A stretch of 64,000 nucleotides of DNA, from positions 1 to 64,000 of the forward strand of contig BLSG01000325.1 in assembly GCA_012862495.1 (NCBI GenBank), given 5' to 3'. This stretch comes from Thraustochytrium aureum. Its lineage: Eukaryota. This document shows positions 11,048 through 22,325 of the stretch, piece by piece; position 1 is the first letter of the stretch; every line of letters begins with the position of its first letter. The notes under the pieces are model-generated. The model was not told the origin of the DNA and made no database searches. It saw nothing but the letters and a program-made list of their open reading frames with translations. Position numbers and translations under genes: made by a program.

Positions 11048-12365
11048 TCAAGATTGGGCCTGCGCGGCGCGAGCGCGCGAGGCAACGCGCGGTGCAACGT
11101 CAAGGCGGAGCAGGCGCGAGTCGTGCCCAGCTACGCGCACCGCCAGGCGGCCGTTGGAGACCAAATCCGAGGCGTCGTCGCCCGTCCACACGTCAACAAC
11201 GCCGTACTTGGTGCCAGCCGCGGCCCCGAGCTCGGCAAGGGATACCTGGACCTCGTCGCCTCCGTCCTGCCCGACCGCTGGCCGCAAAGCCGACTCAGCA
11301 GGGTCGTTGTCGTTGAGGACAAAGACTGCTAGACCGCCCTGTGAGAGCGGCTTGACCCACACCTGCAGGTTGCGCCCGCCGGCGCCCTTGGTCTCGAGGA
11401 CTAGGCGGCCAGGGTGGCCCGCCCAGTCCTGGTTGATCGCGATGGCGCGCTGGTTGGAGACGTAAGGCCACGCCTTGAGGTTGGCGGCCTCGTCCACCAC
11501 ATTGTGCCCCAGGATTAGCGGTGAGCTCGTAATGACCCAGGCGCCAAAGTGTGCGCGGTCCTCCGCGGCGTTGGCCATGCGACCCACCTCGAGCATATCC
11601 GGGTACGCCCAGCAGCCTGGGCGGGAAAGCGGCTCCGTGAGGTCCTGGAACCTGCGCGTCGTCTGAAGGTTGCTAAACATCGAGTGCCAGTTGTTGGAGA
11701 TGTCGCCACTGGTGCGGTACATGTGAAAAGGGCACCAGTCCTTTGTGGGCTTGTCCGCGCCCCAGTGGCAATTCTCGATCATCACTGGGACGGGCGATGT
11801 CGCAGCCAGCTTGTTGTACCACTTGTCAAGGTCACGAAACGCCCCGCACCCGTCAAGCTTGACGCTGTCAAACCCGAGCGCCACCGTCGCGGCGACGTCA
11901 CCAAGGTAGTGGTCATCGCCTTGCCAAAGCTCGCCGTGCTGCTCTCTGCAAACGCAGTTGTTGTGGTACCAGCCCGCCTTAAACCCCAGCGCGTGCAGCT
12001 GCCGCACGAGGAGGCCCATGTTGGGAAACTTGGCCTCGTCGACTAGCGGCAGCCCGCGCTCGTCGTGAAACGAGCCGTTCACGCCACCCTTGCACAACTG
12101 CCACCCGTCGTCCATGCCCACGTCCTTGTAGCCGAGGTCGAGGAGCGAAAGCCCCCGCGGGGTCTTCCTGGCCCGCCGCGTTGCGCTTGACGGCCATGGC
12201 CTTGGCGACCTGCAGGATCTTTTCCTGCGAGATGTTCAACGCTAGATCATTCCACGAGCGCCAGCCCATGGGCGGCGACTTGGCCAGTCCATCGCCCGCT
12301 GCGCCGTGCGCCACTCCAACAACAACGCTCACAAGAGCTGCTGCCCACGCCGCGCTGGTCAGCAT
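11048..12365 (-). CDS. Glycoside hydrolase family 27 (alpha-galactosidase/NAGA), secreted; one frameshift near 12153
   Basis: Signal peptide, PPMGWRSWN, DDGWQ, VKLDGC, RTSGDI, YPDMLEVG and SSPLILG. Removing one G from the GGGGG run restores DPAGLSLLDLGYKDVGMDDGW. Confidence 0.92.
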
Positions 12366-12695
12366 CCTTCCTTGCAAGCCGAGTTGCCTGCCGTCCTTGG
12401 TCGATCGAGCGCACGTCCCCCGTTCGGTCCCACACTGTTGGACGGGCTCTGACTTTTGCCGTGGTGGGCGCGCCTTATCTTTGACCGATGGCCCGCGATG
12501 GGTGACTTTGGATCTGGGCCTGCCTGCTCGACGATCAAGCCAACTCCGCGTCCCCAACCCAAACCAACCCTTGCCCCACAAGGTGCCACAACCTACCCCA
12601 ACGAGCAACCTCGCTCAGAACAACCAGTTGTGCTCCTCGCTGCCAACGCGCACGGGAAGATAGATTCCCTTGCGGCTGCGCTGGGGCCGGAGACG

Positions 12696-13805
12696 ATGAC
12701 AACGGCAAGCGTTCGCGCTGGGAGCGGGATGGCAGGGCTTGGCAGCAGGCTGCGTGAGGCGTGGACCGGGTCCAATCACGCTGCGCTGCTCGCGAGCCAA
12801 AAGGCCCTCCTGGACGGCCTTGTTGCGCAGCCCTTGACGAGCGCCTTCGCGCACGGGATCAACAGCGTAGAAACAGGCCTTTTGCGCACTACCTGCGTCC
12901 CGCACGAGCGAGAGACTGTTGTACTTGCGCACGGATTCGGGTCGGGCCTTGGATTCTTCTTTCGCAACGTCGACCCGCTCGCGAAAAGCGGACGCGTGAG
13001 CCGCCTTGCACTGGTGGACTGGCTCGGAATGGGCGGCTCGGAGCGGCCCGACTGTCGGCGAGCGCCTCGACTTGGTTTCATTCCCTGCTGCGACTCCAAG
13101 TTCACGCCGGACGAGGCCATCAACTTTTTCGTCGATCCCCTCGCGGCCTGGCTGGACGAGATGGAGCTCGATGGGATCACGCTCGTGGGGCACAGCCTTG
13201 GCGGCTATCTGGCCGCTCAGTTTGCACTCCGTCACCCCGGCCGTGTCCGCAAGCTCGTGCTGGCCTCGCCCGTCGGATTTCCTGCACGCCCAGTGGACGC
13301 TCTCTCCCGCCGCGCGATGCCATTTGGGCTTGCGCTCATTGACGCGCTCTGGAGCGCCAATGTGACGCCACAGCAGCTCGTTCGAATGATGGGTTCGGTA
13401 AGAGGTCGGCGCGCCATTGACCGCGTGCTTCGCGCGCGTATTCCGCACCTCTCCGACACCGACGTGCACCACCTGGCCGCGTATCTATACCACATCACCG
13501 TTGCGCGGGCCTCGGGCGAGTTTGCCATGAACTCGCTCCTCCAGCCGGTGCAGTCGCCAACGCAGGTTGGCGTGTTTGCGCGGCAGGCGCTTGCAGATGT
13601 CTTGCACGACCTCAAGGTACCAAGTGTGCGTGTTTTGTTTGGCGACCATGACTGGATGCGCCCAAACGAGGATGCAGCGCGAGCCGTGCTTCGGTCTTTG
13701 CCCAACGCAGACGTTTGCATTCTGCCCCAGGCCGGCCATCACCTTTACCTGGACAATGCTCCAGCGTTTCATTCCGCAATTCTGGGCACGCCGATCCCGC
13801 CTTGA
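12696..13805 (+). CDS. ABHD4/ABHD5 (CGI-58/Ict1)-like alpha/beta hydrolase or acyltransferase
   Basis: HGFGSG oxyanion motif, DWLGMGGS, GHSLG nucleophile elbow, GDHDWM and C-terminal HHLYLD (HX4D). Start codon uncertain. Confidence 0.88.
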   Translation: MTTASVRAGSGMAGLGSRLREAWTGSNHAALLASQKALLDGLVAQPLTSAFAHGINSVETGLLRTTCVPHERETVVLAHGFGSGLGFFFRNVDPLAKSGRVSRLALVDWLGMGGSERPDCRRAPRLGFIPCCDSKFTPDEAINFFVDPLAAWLDEMELDGITLVGHSLGGYLAAQFALRHPGRVRKLVLASPVGFPARPVDALSRRAMPFGLALIDALWSANVTPQQLVRMMGSVRGRRAIDRVLRARIPHLSDTDVHHLAAYLYHITVARASGEFAMNSLLQPVQSPTQVGVFARQALADVLHDLKVPSVRVLFGDHDWMRPNEDAARAVLRSLPNADVCILPQAGHHLYLDNAPAFHSAILGTPIPP

Positions 13806-13902
13806 TCTTGATCAACAAAAAAGACTGAACTGGTGTGGAGAGTAATAGAGCCTATAAGACAACAGCGCGTTGACTGATGTTCAACCAGATGGAAATGGTA
13901 GC

Positions 13903-13974
13903 GGCCGCTTGGTCTAGGGGTATGATTCTCCCTTCGGGTGGGAGAGGTCTTGGGTTCGATTCCCGAAGCGGCCC
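13903..13974 (+). tRNA. tRNA-Pro(CGG)
   Basis: Acceptor stem GGCCGCT/AGCGGCC, D-arm TGGTCTAGGGGTATGA, anticodon arm CTCCC-TTCGGGT-GGGAG, GGTTCGATTCC T-loop, downstream oligo-T Pol III terminator. Confidence 0.95.
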
Positions 13975-15250
13975 TTCTTTTTGTCTTTTTCATAGGTGTC
14001 CGTTTTCGCCGTTTTCGCGGCGACTCGTAGTACAGAACTCCCGGTCGTGCGTCAGCACCTTTTGGAAGCGCTCCGGCGCACCGCCGCCCGCGTCAACTCG
14101 AAAATGCCCACGCCTTCCAGCTCCGCGCGTTCGTCAACCACTGCACAAGCAACGACTGCACAAGCGACCACAGCCCACAACTGCGGCCAACCACAAACGG
14201 ACGCCCAGGTTGACGGACGCTGGCAGCTAGCTGCGCTGGTTGCGACCTGGACGGTGGCGTGGAGCGTTGTGACGGAGGTTCGATCGTCCAGTTGGGGAGG
14301 GGGGATTTGGCAGCGCTGGCGTACACGGATGGGAATGTGCATGCCCGCAAAGCACTCGTGAACTGGCACATGGGCGGCAACTTGGATGAGGAGAGGCACG
14401 CAGGGGGCCAGGTGTCCTGCCGCTCTGCTGGCTCTGAAGCTCTCTCTAGAGCTAGAGAGACAAGTTGGGGTGAGTTTGGAACCTCCATCCGGCTGCCGCA
14501 GCGCCAGGGCAGGCAGGGCCGCTGGTCCGGCGCGCTGCTCGACTTTGCAAGTTTCGAGGTAGGTTCGCTCGAGCGCGTCCTGAGCCCGCCATACTCCTCT
14601 CGACAAAGCCAGGCCCAGTACTCCCGCCCACACGCAGCAGCGGTCTGGCAGATGCCGAGCGCCTTGAGCAGGCGGGCGACCATAGTCATCATGGCGCCCA
14701 CATCGGCAACGCGCAGGCCATCGATGCCAACGCGGAGTCGCTATATGAGCGCGATGCTTCAGCCCGACGCGGAGTCGCTAGATGACCCCGAAGCTTCGCA
14801 GGAGCTCAACGCAGGCCCGTGCATCGCTGCTGCGGTCTCCGCAAGGGCCACTCCACGTCGGCCACAACCACGATTCTTCCACACAGACACGCCGAAACTG
14901 CTCCGATTACAACACCGGAGCGCGCGAGCTCTGGGCCATTGACGCCAGCGCGTGCCCGTAAACCACTGCTTCGCGCTGGCGGGAGCTATCCTGCGTCGGC
15001 GGCGCCAGCAGGGCCTGGCGCTCGACCAACTCAGCCGCGACCACGATTCTTGCACACGGACACGCCGAAAGTGCCTTTTGATTGACAAGAAGAAAGTACT
15101 CTGCAACGCTGGAGCGCGCGGCTGAGGTAAACGCCCACCGGCGCCAGCGCCAGCGGAGAGAAACAGGGCGATACGGGCGTGAACAGGGCGCCATCGGCGC
15201 GAGTTTAGAAAGGAGAGGGCGCTGCTCAAGACGCCGCCGACAACACGACA

Positions 15251-16681
15251 ATGTTGCGGAAATCGCTGGGCAAGCTCGCCAAACGAGTCAGCCTGCGTCG
15301 CGCGGCAGAGCGGGCGCAGGACCAGGAGGACCTTAGCAACNNNNNNNNNNNNNNNNNNNNNNNNNNNNNNNNNNNNNNNNNNNNNNNNNNNNNNNNNNNN
15401 NNNNNNNNNNNNNNNNNNNNNNNNNNNNNNNNNNNNNNNNNNNNNNNNNNNNNNNNNNNNNNNNNNNNNNNNNNNNNNNNNNNNNNNNNNNNNNNNNNNN
15501 NNNNNNNNNNNNNNNNNNNNNNNNNNNNNNNNNNNNNNNNNNNNNNNNNNNNNNNNNNNNNNNNNNNNNNNNNNNNNNNNNNNNNNNNNNNNNNNNNNNN
15601 NNNNNNNNNNNNNNNNNNNNNNNNNNNNNNNNNNNNNNNNNNNNNNNNNNNNNNNNNNNNNNNNNNNNNNNNNNNNNNNNNNNNNNNNACGCGCGCCTGG
15701 TGCGTCTGGGAGATCTACGGCACCGTCAAGTGCAACCGAAGCCTCGACCTGCTGTTCGCTCCTGGGGCCGTGGACGACTTTGTGGGGACGCTGAGAAACG
15801 ACTTTCGCCAGGTCATGCAGAGCTTGGCCAACGTGGACATGCGCAAGGCCGAGTGCCACAGCGCGCAAGACCTGCAGATGATCCACAAAGCCGTGACCGA
15901 GTCGGTGGGGTTTGACGGCCTAAATAACAAGGTCGCAGCGCTTCTGCGCAGGTGGCTGATCGCGACGGCCAAGCGGGCGGTCGACAACGCGCGGGGCGCT
16001 CACGACGAAAAGGGCCTGGCACTCGTGCTAAACCAAGCGGGAAGCGTGATCTTTGAGCACGGCGACAACGAACTCGCCTTGCAATTTTACCAGGAGGCGC
16101 TGGCGGTCGGCAAAAGGGCGTTCGGGGAGAACCACGCGAGCGTGGCCACTCACCTCAACAACATCGGCTCGGTCTACGATGCGCAGGGCAACTATGACAA
16201 GGCCCTGCGCCACTACGAGCAGGCGCTGGCCATCGGCAAGAGGGCGCTCGGGGAGGACCACCCGGACGTGGCTACATGGCTCAACAACATCGGCTCGGTC
16301 TACTATGTCCTGGAAAAGTACGACAGAGCCCTGCAGTACTATGAGCAGGCGCTGGCCATCAGCAAGAAGGCGCTCGGGGAGGCGCACCCGAACGTGGCCA
16401 CCCGTCTCAACAACATCGGCATGGTGCACTATGCCCAGCGTAATCTCGGCGAGGCGCTGATGCACTACGAGCAGGCGCTCGCCATTGACATGATGGCGTA
16501 TGGGGAAAACCACCCAGAAGTGGCCACTGATCTCATCAACATCAGCTCGGTTTTGGCCGAACAAGGCAAGACTGGCGAAGCGCGCGCTGCGCTGTCCCAG
16601 GCGCTGGCGATCCGCACTGCCGCGCTTGGTGCCGACCACCCGAGCACGCGCAAAACCAAGGCGTGGCTCGAGGATCTCTGA
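15251..16681 (+). CDS. Kinesin-light-chain/NPHP3-like 42-aa TPR repeat protein with N-terminal 'TRAWCVWE' domain (5' part in gap)
   Basis: After the gap (15689): TRAWCVWEIY...AECHSAQD, then about 5 tandem TPRs of the ALxxYEQALAIxKxALGExHPxVATxLNNIG type. The start is not resolved. Confidence 0.85.
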   Translation: MLRKSLGKLAKRVSLRRAAERAQDQEDLSNXXXXXXXXXXXXXXXXXXXXXXXXXXXXXXXXXXXXXXXXXXXXXXXXXXXXXXXXXXXXXXXXXXXXXXXXXXXXXXXXXXXXXXXXXXXXXXXXXXXXXXXXXXXXXXXXXXXXTRAWCVWEIYGTVKCNRSLDLLFAPGAVDDFVGTLRNDFRQVMQSLANVDMRKAECHSAQDLQMIHKAVTESVGFDGLNNKVAALLRRWLIATAKRAVDNARGAHDEKGLALVLNQAGSVIFEHGDNELALQFYQEALAVGKRAFGENHASVATHLNNIGSVYDAQGNYDKALRHYEQALAIGKRALGEDHPDVATWLNNIGSVYYVLEKYDRALQYYEQALAISKKALGEAHPNVATRLNNIGMVHYAQRNLGEALMHYEQALAIDMMAYGENHPEVATDLINISSVLAEQGKTGEARAALSQALAIRTAALGADHPSTRKTKAWLEDL

Positions 16682-17612
16682 CTGAGCCGCAGCGCGCTTC
16701 TCTGTGCGTCATGAGCGGCGGCGACGGGGTTGCGCTAGCTCCAGAGAGAGTTAGCTCTAGAGCTAGGTAGAATTAGTAGAGTAGGTACAGTGGAGAGGAT
16801 GGGAGCAGCTCGCCCTGTCTCCGTTCGTTTGCTCTTCCACCATCGCTCAATTCTGTCGGGCGCCGCGGTGCGTTTGAAGGAGGAAAGCGCATTTGAGTCT
16901 TTCGACCGAGCGCGATTCAAGTGCCAGGCGGTTATTGCAGCAGGACGCGGATCAGAGGCGTTGCGGCTCCCCCGGGCAGTCAAAATCGCTTTGGCCGTTT
17001 GGCCTTGTTGTCTCGCCGTTTTTTGTCACACTCCAAGCGACACGGGTGCCTTAGCTCGCTGTCGGCGACGCAAGGCTTGTTCGGCTCGATGAATCCCGCT
17101 TCTGGGTCATCTTTGCCCCAGTCAGTCACGCCTTGGTGCGGTCTGAAAGCGGCGCTTCGGTGGCGCCTGGCTGAGCTGCGAAAAGGCCGCACTCGACGAC
17201 GATGCTGCCTTTCCTGACGTTGCGTTGTGCACCAATACCTGCTCCAATGGCACACTTGCTGCTTGGGCGAGGAGTCCCGAACCAAACTCCGTGAGCGTCT
17301 CCGTCAAGAGGACTTGAGGGACAAACGTCGTCGCACCACAAGTCGGGTGCTGAGTGCTGCAGCAGGACCAAGGACAAGGTCTTCGCCGAGCGCCGTCGCA
17401 GGCTCGCGGTTGGTGCATAACTACTCGCCTTGCGGGACCTAGTCGCTGTCTTGCGCACAAAGCGCGCTTCGTCGCTTCGCCTTCGCCTTGGGCAGGCACT
17501 CTCGCGCCATGTTGGCCAGCGCACGAACGAATGACGCGCATGCAATGCCTCGCACAGCCTCGCCGGCTGAATTTGTCAAGAAGAACGCGAGGCTTGCCCC
17601 GATCAACCAGTT

Positions 17613-17684
17613 GGCCACTTGGTCTAGGGGTATGATTCTCCCTTCGGGTGGGAGAGGTCTTGGGTTCGATTCCCGAAGTGGCCC
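17613..17684 (+). tRNA. tRNA-Pro(CGG)
   Basis: Identical to the 13903 copy except acceptor stem GGCCACT/AGTGGCC; followed by TTTTT. Confidence 0.95.
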
Positions 17685-18547
17685 ACTTTTTGCCTGTTCA
17701 TTTTGGAGTCTCTGAGCATCGTCCTCGACTGGGCAGACCTCAAACGATGCACGAAGACATGAGCGAGTTCGCGGGCGGGCGCTGCCGTGCCGGCCAGAAC
17801 TGAAACAGTGACAAGTTTTTACATTTCCAGAATCGGAATCGATCCGCAATCGTGTTACTTTGTTTCTTGATCAAAAAGGATCAATCGAGATGCTTTGGCA
17901 GCGCCGTTTCTTTCTCTTTTCTTTTGCGGTCGCGCCTCCGCTTTTAGCAGATCCTTCCGCAAACTATCGGTACACATGCGTTCCCTTGCCAGACCAAGGC
18001 GCGCTCCAGTTTCCACTTGGCGGCGGATTCAGCGGACGTTCGACAAGGCGTTGGACTACCTTCACTTGCGCGCCCGAAGGTGCCGAGACCTGTCTTGCTC
18101 GCCTTGTTGACTTGCTGCGACGATCTCTTTCAACAAACAGAAACTCCACGACGGCCACGTATCTGCAGCGCCGCGTTTGTCCTTGCTGCGATGCTCTCTC
18201 ACCACGCACAGGGGCGCTGTGACGGTCGCAAGACTGCTGCGGCTGCATTGCGCGCATTGCTCTTCTCCATGCGGTTGGTGCTAGTAGCGCTAAAGTGACG
18301 GGAGGCGCAACGAACGGCACGGCCAGGACAACTGGTGCGTCTCTGCGTGTGCGCGCTGGAGAGGACCCAGACCAGCCCCAAGGGGCAGGAGCTGATGCAA
18401 TCCGAACTCCCCGTCAAGAACAGTTGGCCTTCATGTGATAAGACGACGTCAACCTCGCACCGCGCGCACGTTGCTGCAAGCCTGGTCGTGCACGGCTGAC
18501 GGCAGAGACGACAACAGCACAGAAAGAGTCCATTGTTCCTAAAACTA

Positions 18548-21054
18548 TCACAGCGCCTCACAGCGCCTTTTATCTGGGTTGTACTTGCAACGGGCATTGC
18601 GGGCCGAGCAGAGCTTTCGCGAAGGCGTCTCAGTGCAACTAAGACTGTCCAGCTCAACGCACTTCGAGTTCAGCCACAAGCACGTGCCATACGCAGCGGC
18701 ACAACCGGAAGAGGTTCGATATGCCGAACATTTCCACGACGTGGCCAAGGCAATGTCGACGCAGAGATTCTGCGGGCGCTTGCGCAAGTCCTCTGGGCGA
18801 GGCGCGACTGTGCACCGAGAGACGCCAAGCCTTGAGCATGATTTCGTGTTGAAGTCGCGACACGGCGTGGTCGAAGCCGTCACGCACGCATTAGAGCGCC
18901 ACAAGCAAGGGCCATCCCCAACCCTGGACAAGTCGCGCTCACAGTTGCGTTTTCCAGCGTACTCGGCGCAAGTCCAGGACGTGGAGAGCTCAGTTGGAAT
19001 GCACTGCGCACGCGGCTTGTTCGGAAGCGGGAGATACGAGCACGCGGCCTCCGGAGACGTGAGCGAGCACTTTTTGCGATTGTTGGCCTTTGCGCACGTC
19101 TCGGCCACTGAGGGGGACACAGACGGGGTCGTGGCATCCGGAACCGGCGGGGCCGGAAGCGTGGAAACGGTGACGCACGCGCCGCCGAGGCAGCGCGGTC
19201 GGTCCCACACGGCGTTCCGTCCCAAACCTTGTAGTTTGTCCAAAAGTAGCAACGTCCGTTTGAGTGCGTGCAGGCCACAGAGCCGCAGCTGTTGCTCGTC
19301 GAGCAGGGCTCTCCGCCGATTTCCGCAGCACACTGAAGAGCGGTTGAGCGGCACGATCCCTCATAGCACAGTCCGCGGTCTTTGTCACACTTTGTGCCAC
19401 GCGGCGCTTGCTTGTCAAATGGACATTTGGCGCTAGTTCCATCGCAGACCTCGGCGCTGTCACACGTCGAATCAACCGCTGCCCTGCAGATGTGGCGTTC
19501 ATTTGCAGAGCGCGGCGCGCACTTTGCAACGTCGCAGCACGGATCGTTTGCCGAGCACTTTGCCCCTGCTCGCAGCGTGCACTGCATGCTGCCGCCTTGA
19601 AGCGCACGGCACTCACAGCATGGGTTGAACGTCTTGCAGTCGTTCAGAAAGCAATCGCACGTTTCAGTCTGCTCTTTAATCCCGTTCCCCAAGACGGATG
19701 GTGTGAGAGGGCTGGGCTCCTCCAGCTTGGTGCTGCAGCGGCCCTTGCCCTTTTCAATCACGAGCTGGGCGAGGCTGTTGATCGAGCAGGTCGACCACGG
19801 CGCGTCCGCAGAGACGGACGGCGACATCACATACTTCCTATCCGAGCAGCCGCTTGGCTCGCCCGGCGCAGCCTGGACGGCGTGTTGGAGACCCAAGTTG
19901 TGGCCGATCTCGTGCGCAATCGTGACAGCAACTATTTTGCTGGAAGCGCTGGCCGTCGCCTGCGTGATTCCGACATTGTCCGAGCCGCACCAGGTCCCGA
20001 GCTGCGCAAGGCCAACGACTCCGTCAATCAACTGCCCGTTCGAGACGACGGCCAGGTTGCTGCCTGTCACAAGGTGGATGAGATCAGGTGATTCCGCCCA
20101 CGGCGCCATGTTCGCGAAGCCACCCGCGCTTGCCCATGCTCGAAACTTGTCCATCAGGTCATACATGTCCACCCTGCCGTTGCCCAGTTCCGCCGCCCTC
20201 CACGGGTCGCTGTGCGGGAAAGAGACAATGGTGCGCAAAACGAGCCGTACCCTGACCGGGCCGCCGAGCTTTTCATAAAGGAGCGCGGCGAGACCGGTGA
20301 CGTAGACAGTGCTTGCCTCCAGCTGCGCGGCGGTGCCTCCCACGGCAGCGTACCGTGCCTTGTCGCACACCACAGCGACCTCGATGATGCGCTCGGCTTT
20401 TTCCGTGCTCCGCGCAAGCATCGGCAACGACCTCAGACCAAAGTCATGGCTGCTTTTCGGTTGCACGTCCGTGGCGACATCCGTAATTGCTTCTGGCTCT
20501 TCTGGCTCCAGCGCACAGCCGCCGCTCTGAGCGGTGCTGGCGGCCAAGTCGCGGCCGCGATAGGCGATGTGTTGGCTAGCGTCGTGCGCCAAGGGTTTCA
20601 CGTGCACGGCGTCCCCGTCGGCCGTCTCGACGTGTCCGTGCACGACCCCGCCGCAGAAAGCAAACACAGCTTCGAGGCCCGCGCTTGTCTTGCCGACGAA
20701 CAGGCAGTCTGAAGGCGCACTGCGAACGTCGGGGCCTGTCGCGTCGTCTTCGCCCACCACGATGTGGGTCAGGTTCACGTGCACAAGGTCGCTTCTTCGC
20801 GTGAGGTTCACCTCGTGGGTCTCGCCAAACGCAGTGAATCGAAAGCTCACCGTGTTGTTCCTGGGTGTGCTGAGGGGTGCTCCCTGCAGCTCGCGCCGTT
20901 GGTCGAAATGGTCGACGTTGATCACCTCAAACGTCTCCAGCTCCTCCAGCAGGGCGTCCTGCGCACCTGCCGCAGGCGATGCGAGGCCAATCAGGACCGC
21001 CGCAGCGACCAGAGCGGCGCAGCCGCGCAGCCTACAACATGCCTTGATGCCCAT
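18548..21054 (-). CDS. Secreted ADAM-like M12B (reprolysin) metalloprotease with disintegrin and C-terminal Cys repeats; frameshift near 19192
   Basis: Signal peptide, prodomain, HEIGHNLGLQH zinc motif, YVM Met-turn, ETCDC and CDSAEVCDGTSAKCP disintegrin. One added base restores GTPCGTDRACLGG and joins ORF 18548-19354. Confidence 0.9.
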
Positions 21055-21146
21055 CTTTCTGTTGTCGCGCTCTGCAATGTAACGATCAGCGTCGGCGGCG
21101 TTGATTCTGCACTGCTTGGGCGTCGACCATGCGATCGACTGTTGCA

Positions 21147-21187
21147 ATCGATCGATCGATCAATCCATCGATCGATCGATCGATCGC
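21147..21187. repeat. (GATC)n microsatellite
   Basis: Imperfect ATCGATCGATCG run upstream of the first ADAM gene. Confidence 0.8.
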
Positions 21188-22020
21188 CGGCTCGCTTGCT
21201 TGCCCAACAGCAAAGATGGAGCGCAGCGTCCATCAGCCCTCGGACATCCCATTTCCGCACGAGGTTGCGCCAGTGTCGGTGCAGCACATCAGCTGGGCTC
21301 GAGCCGAGCCGCTCGAACCGCAATACCAGCGACAACGGCCCTTGCAGCATGCACCAACGCGCTCGTCGCGTGCGTGCTGCGGCGGCGGTGGCTGAAGAGT
21401 CATGAAATCNNNNNNNNNNNNNNNNNNNNNNNNNNNNNNNNNNNNNNNNNNNNNNNNNNNNNNNNNNNNNNNNNNNNNNNNNNNNNNNNNNNNNNNNNNN
21501 NNNNNNNNNNNNNNNNNNNNNNNNNNNNNNNNNNNNNNNNNNNNNNNNNNNNNNNNNNNNNNNNNNNNNNNNNNNNNNNNNNNNNNNNNNNNNNNNNNNN
21601 CCATGCGTCCATCCGTCCATCAGCAACATCATGGTCATCATCGTCATCATCACTAACTCTCCAGCAAGTGTCTCCAGCAATCGGTGCCGGTTCGCGCGTG
21701 GCGTTCTGCGCATGTCCAGGTTGTGCGCCCTGCAAGAGGGCGGGCGGCTCGCGCGCGTCCGTCGGTCGGTGGGTGCGCCCGCTCGTGAGGAAGCGAGAAA
21801 GGGGCTTTCGCCGCGAGTAAGCAGCTGCCTCCACCGTCCACCGGCAAGTAGGTACGAGCTCAACTCCTACCTACTAGTACTCCGAGTCACTCCACTTCGT
21901 GCTGCCCGTGAGCGAAGGCGCCTTCCTTCCCGCACGAGTGGTCGTGATTGCGGTGAGTGGGAGGCCGGCGCAGAAGAGCGGTCCGTCAACGGCGTGCAGA
22001 GAGCCGACCGCACTTTCTGA

Positions 22021-22205
22021 TGTGGCGGTGGAACGTGGATCGGGTCCACGATGAATTCTGTGGCGGGGAACGTGGATCGGGTCCACGATGAATTCTGTGG
22101 CGGAGAAACGTGGATCGGGTCCACAATGAATTCTGTGGCGGAGGAATGTGGATCGTGTCCAAGATGAGTTCTGTGGCGGAGGAATGTGGATCGGGTCGAA
22201 GACTC
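22021..22205. repeat. 37-38 bp minisatellite, about 5 copies, with internal hairpin
   Basis: Consensus TGTGGCGGAGGAACGTGGATCGGGTCCACGATGAATTC; units start at 22021, 22059, 22096, 22134 and 22172. Confidence 0.92.
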
Positions 22206-22325
22206 GAGAAAATACCGTATTCATTCGTGGTGTTCGTGTGAAACTCGACTTGTGTGAAACCGATTGTGATGAGAAACCATCGCTTTTAGGCGTGTTGGCT
22301 CTTGAAAGTTGAAAGTCAACTTGCG

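Noticed and set aside
14052..14942. Several 120-230 aa ORFs between the first tRNA and the TPR gene
   Set aside because: No recognisable domain or coding-like bias.
13903..17684. Integrase-mediated island with tRNA attL/attR
   Set aside because: No integrase or recombinase is visible, and both tRNAs are full length with a compensatory stem change rather than a partial 3' duplication.
22021..22205. CRISPR array
   Set aside because: The palindromic repeats are directly adjacent with no unique spacers, no cas genes are present, and the context is eukaryotic.
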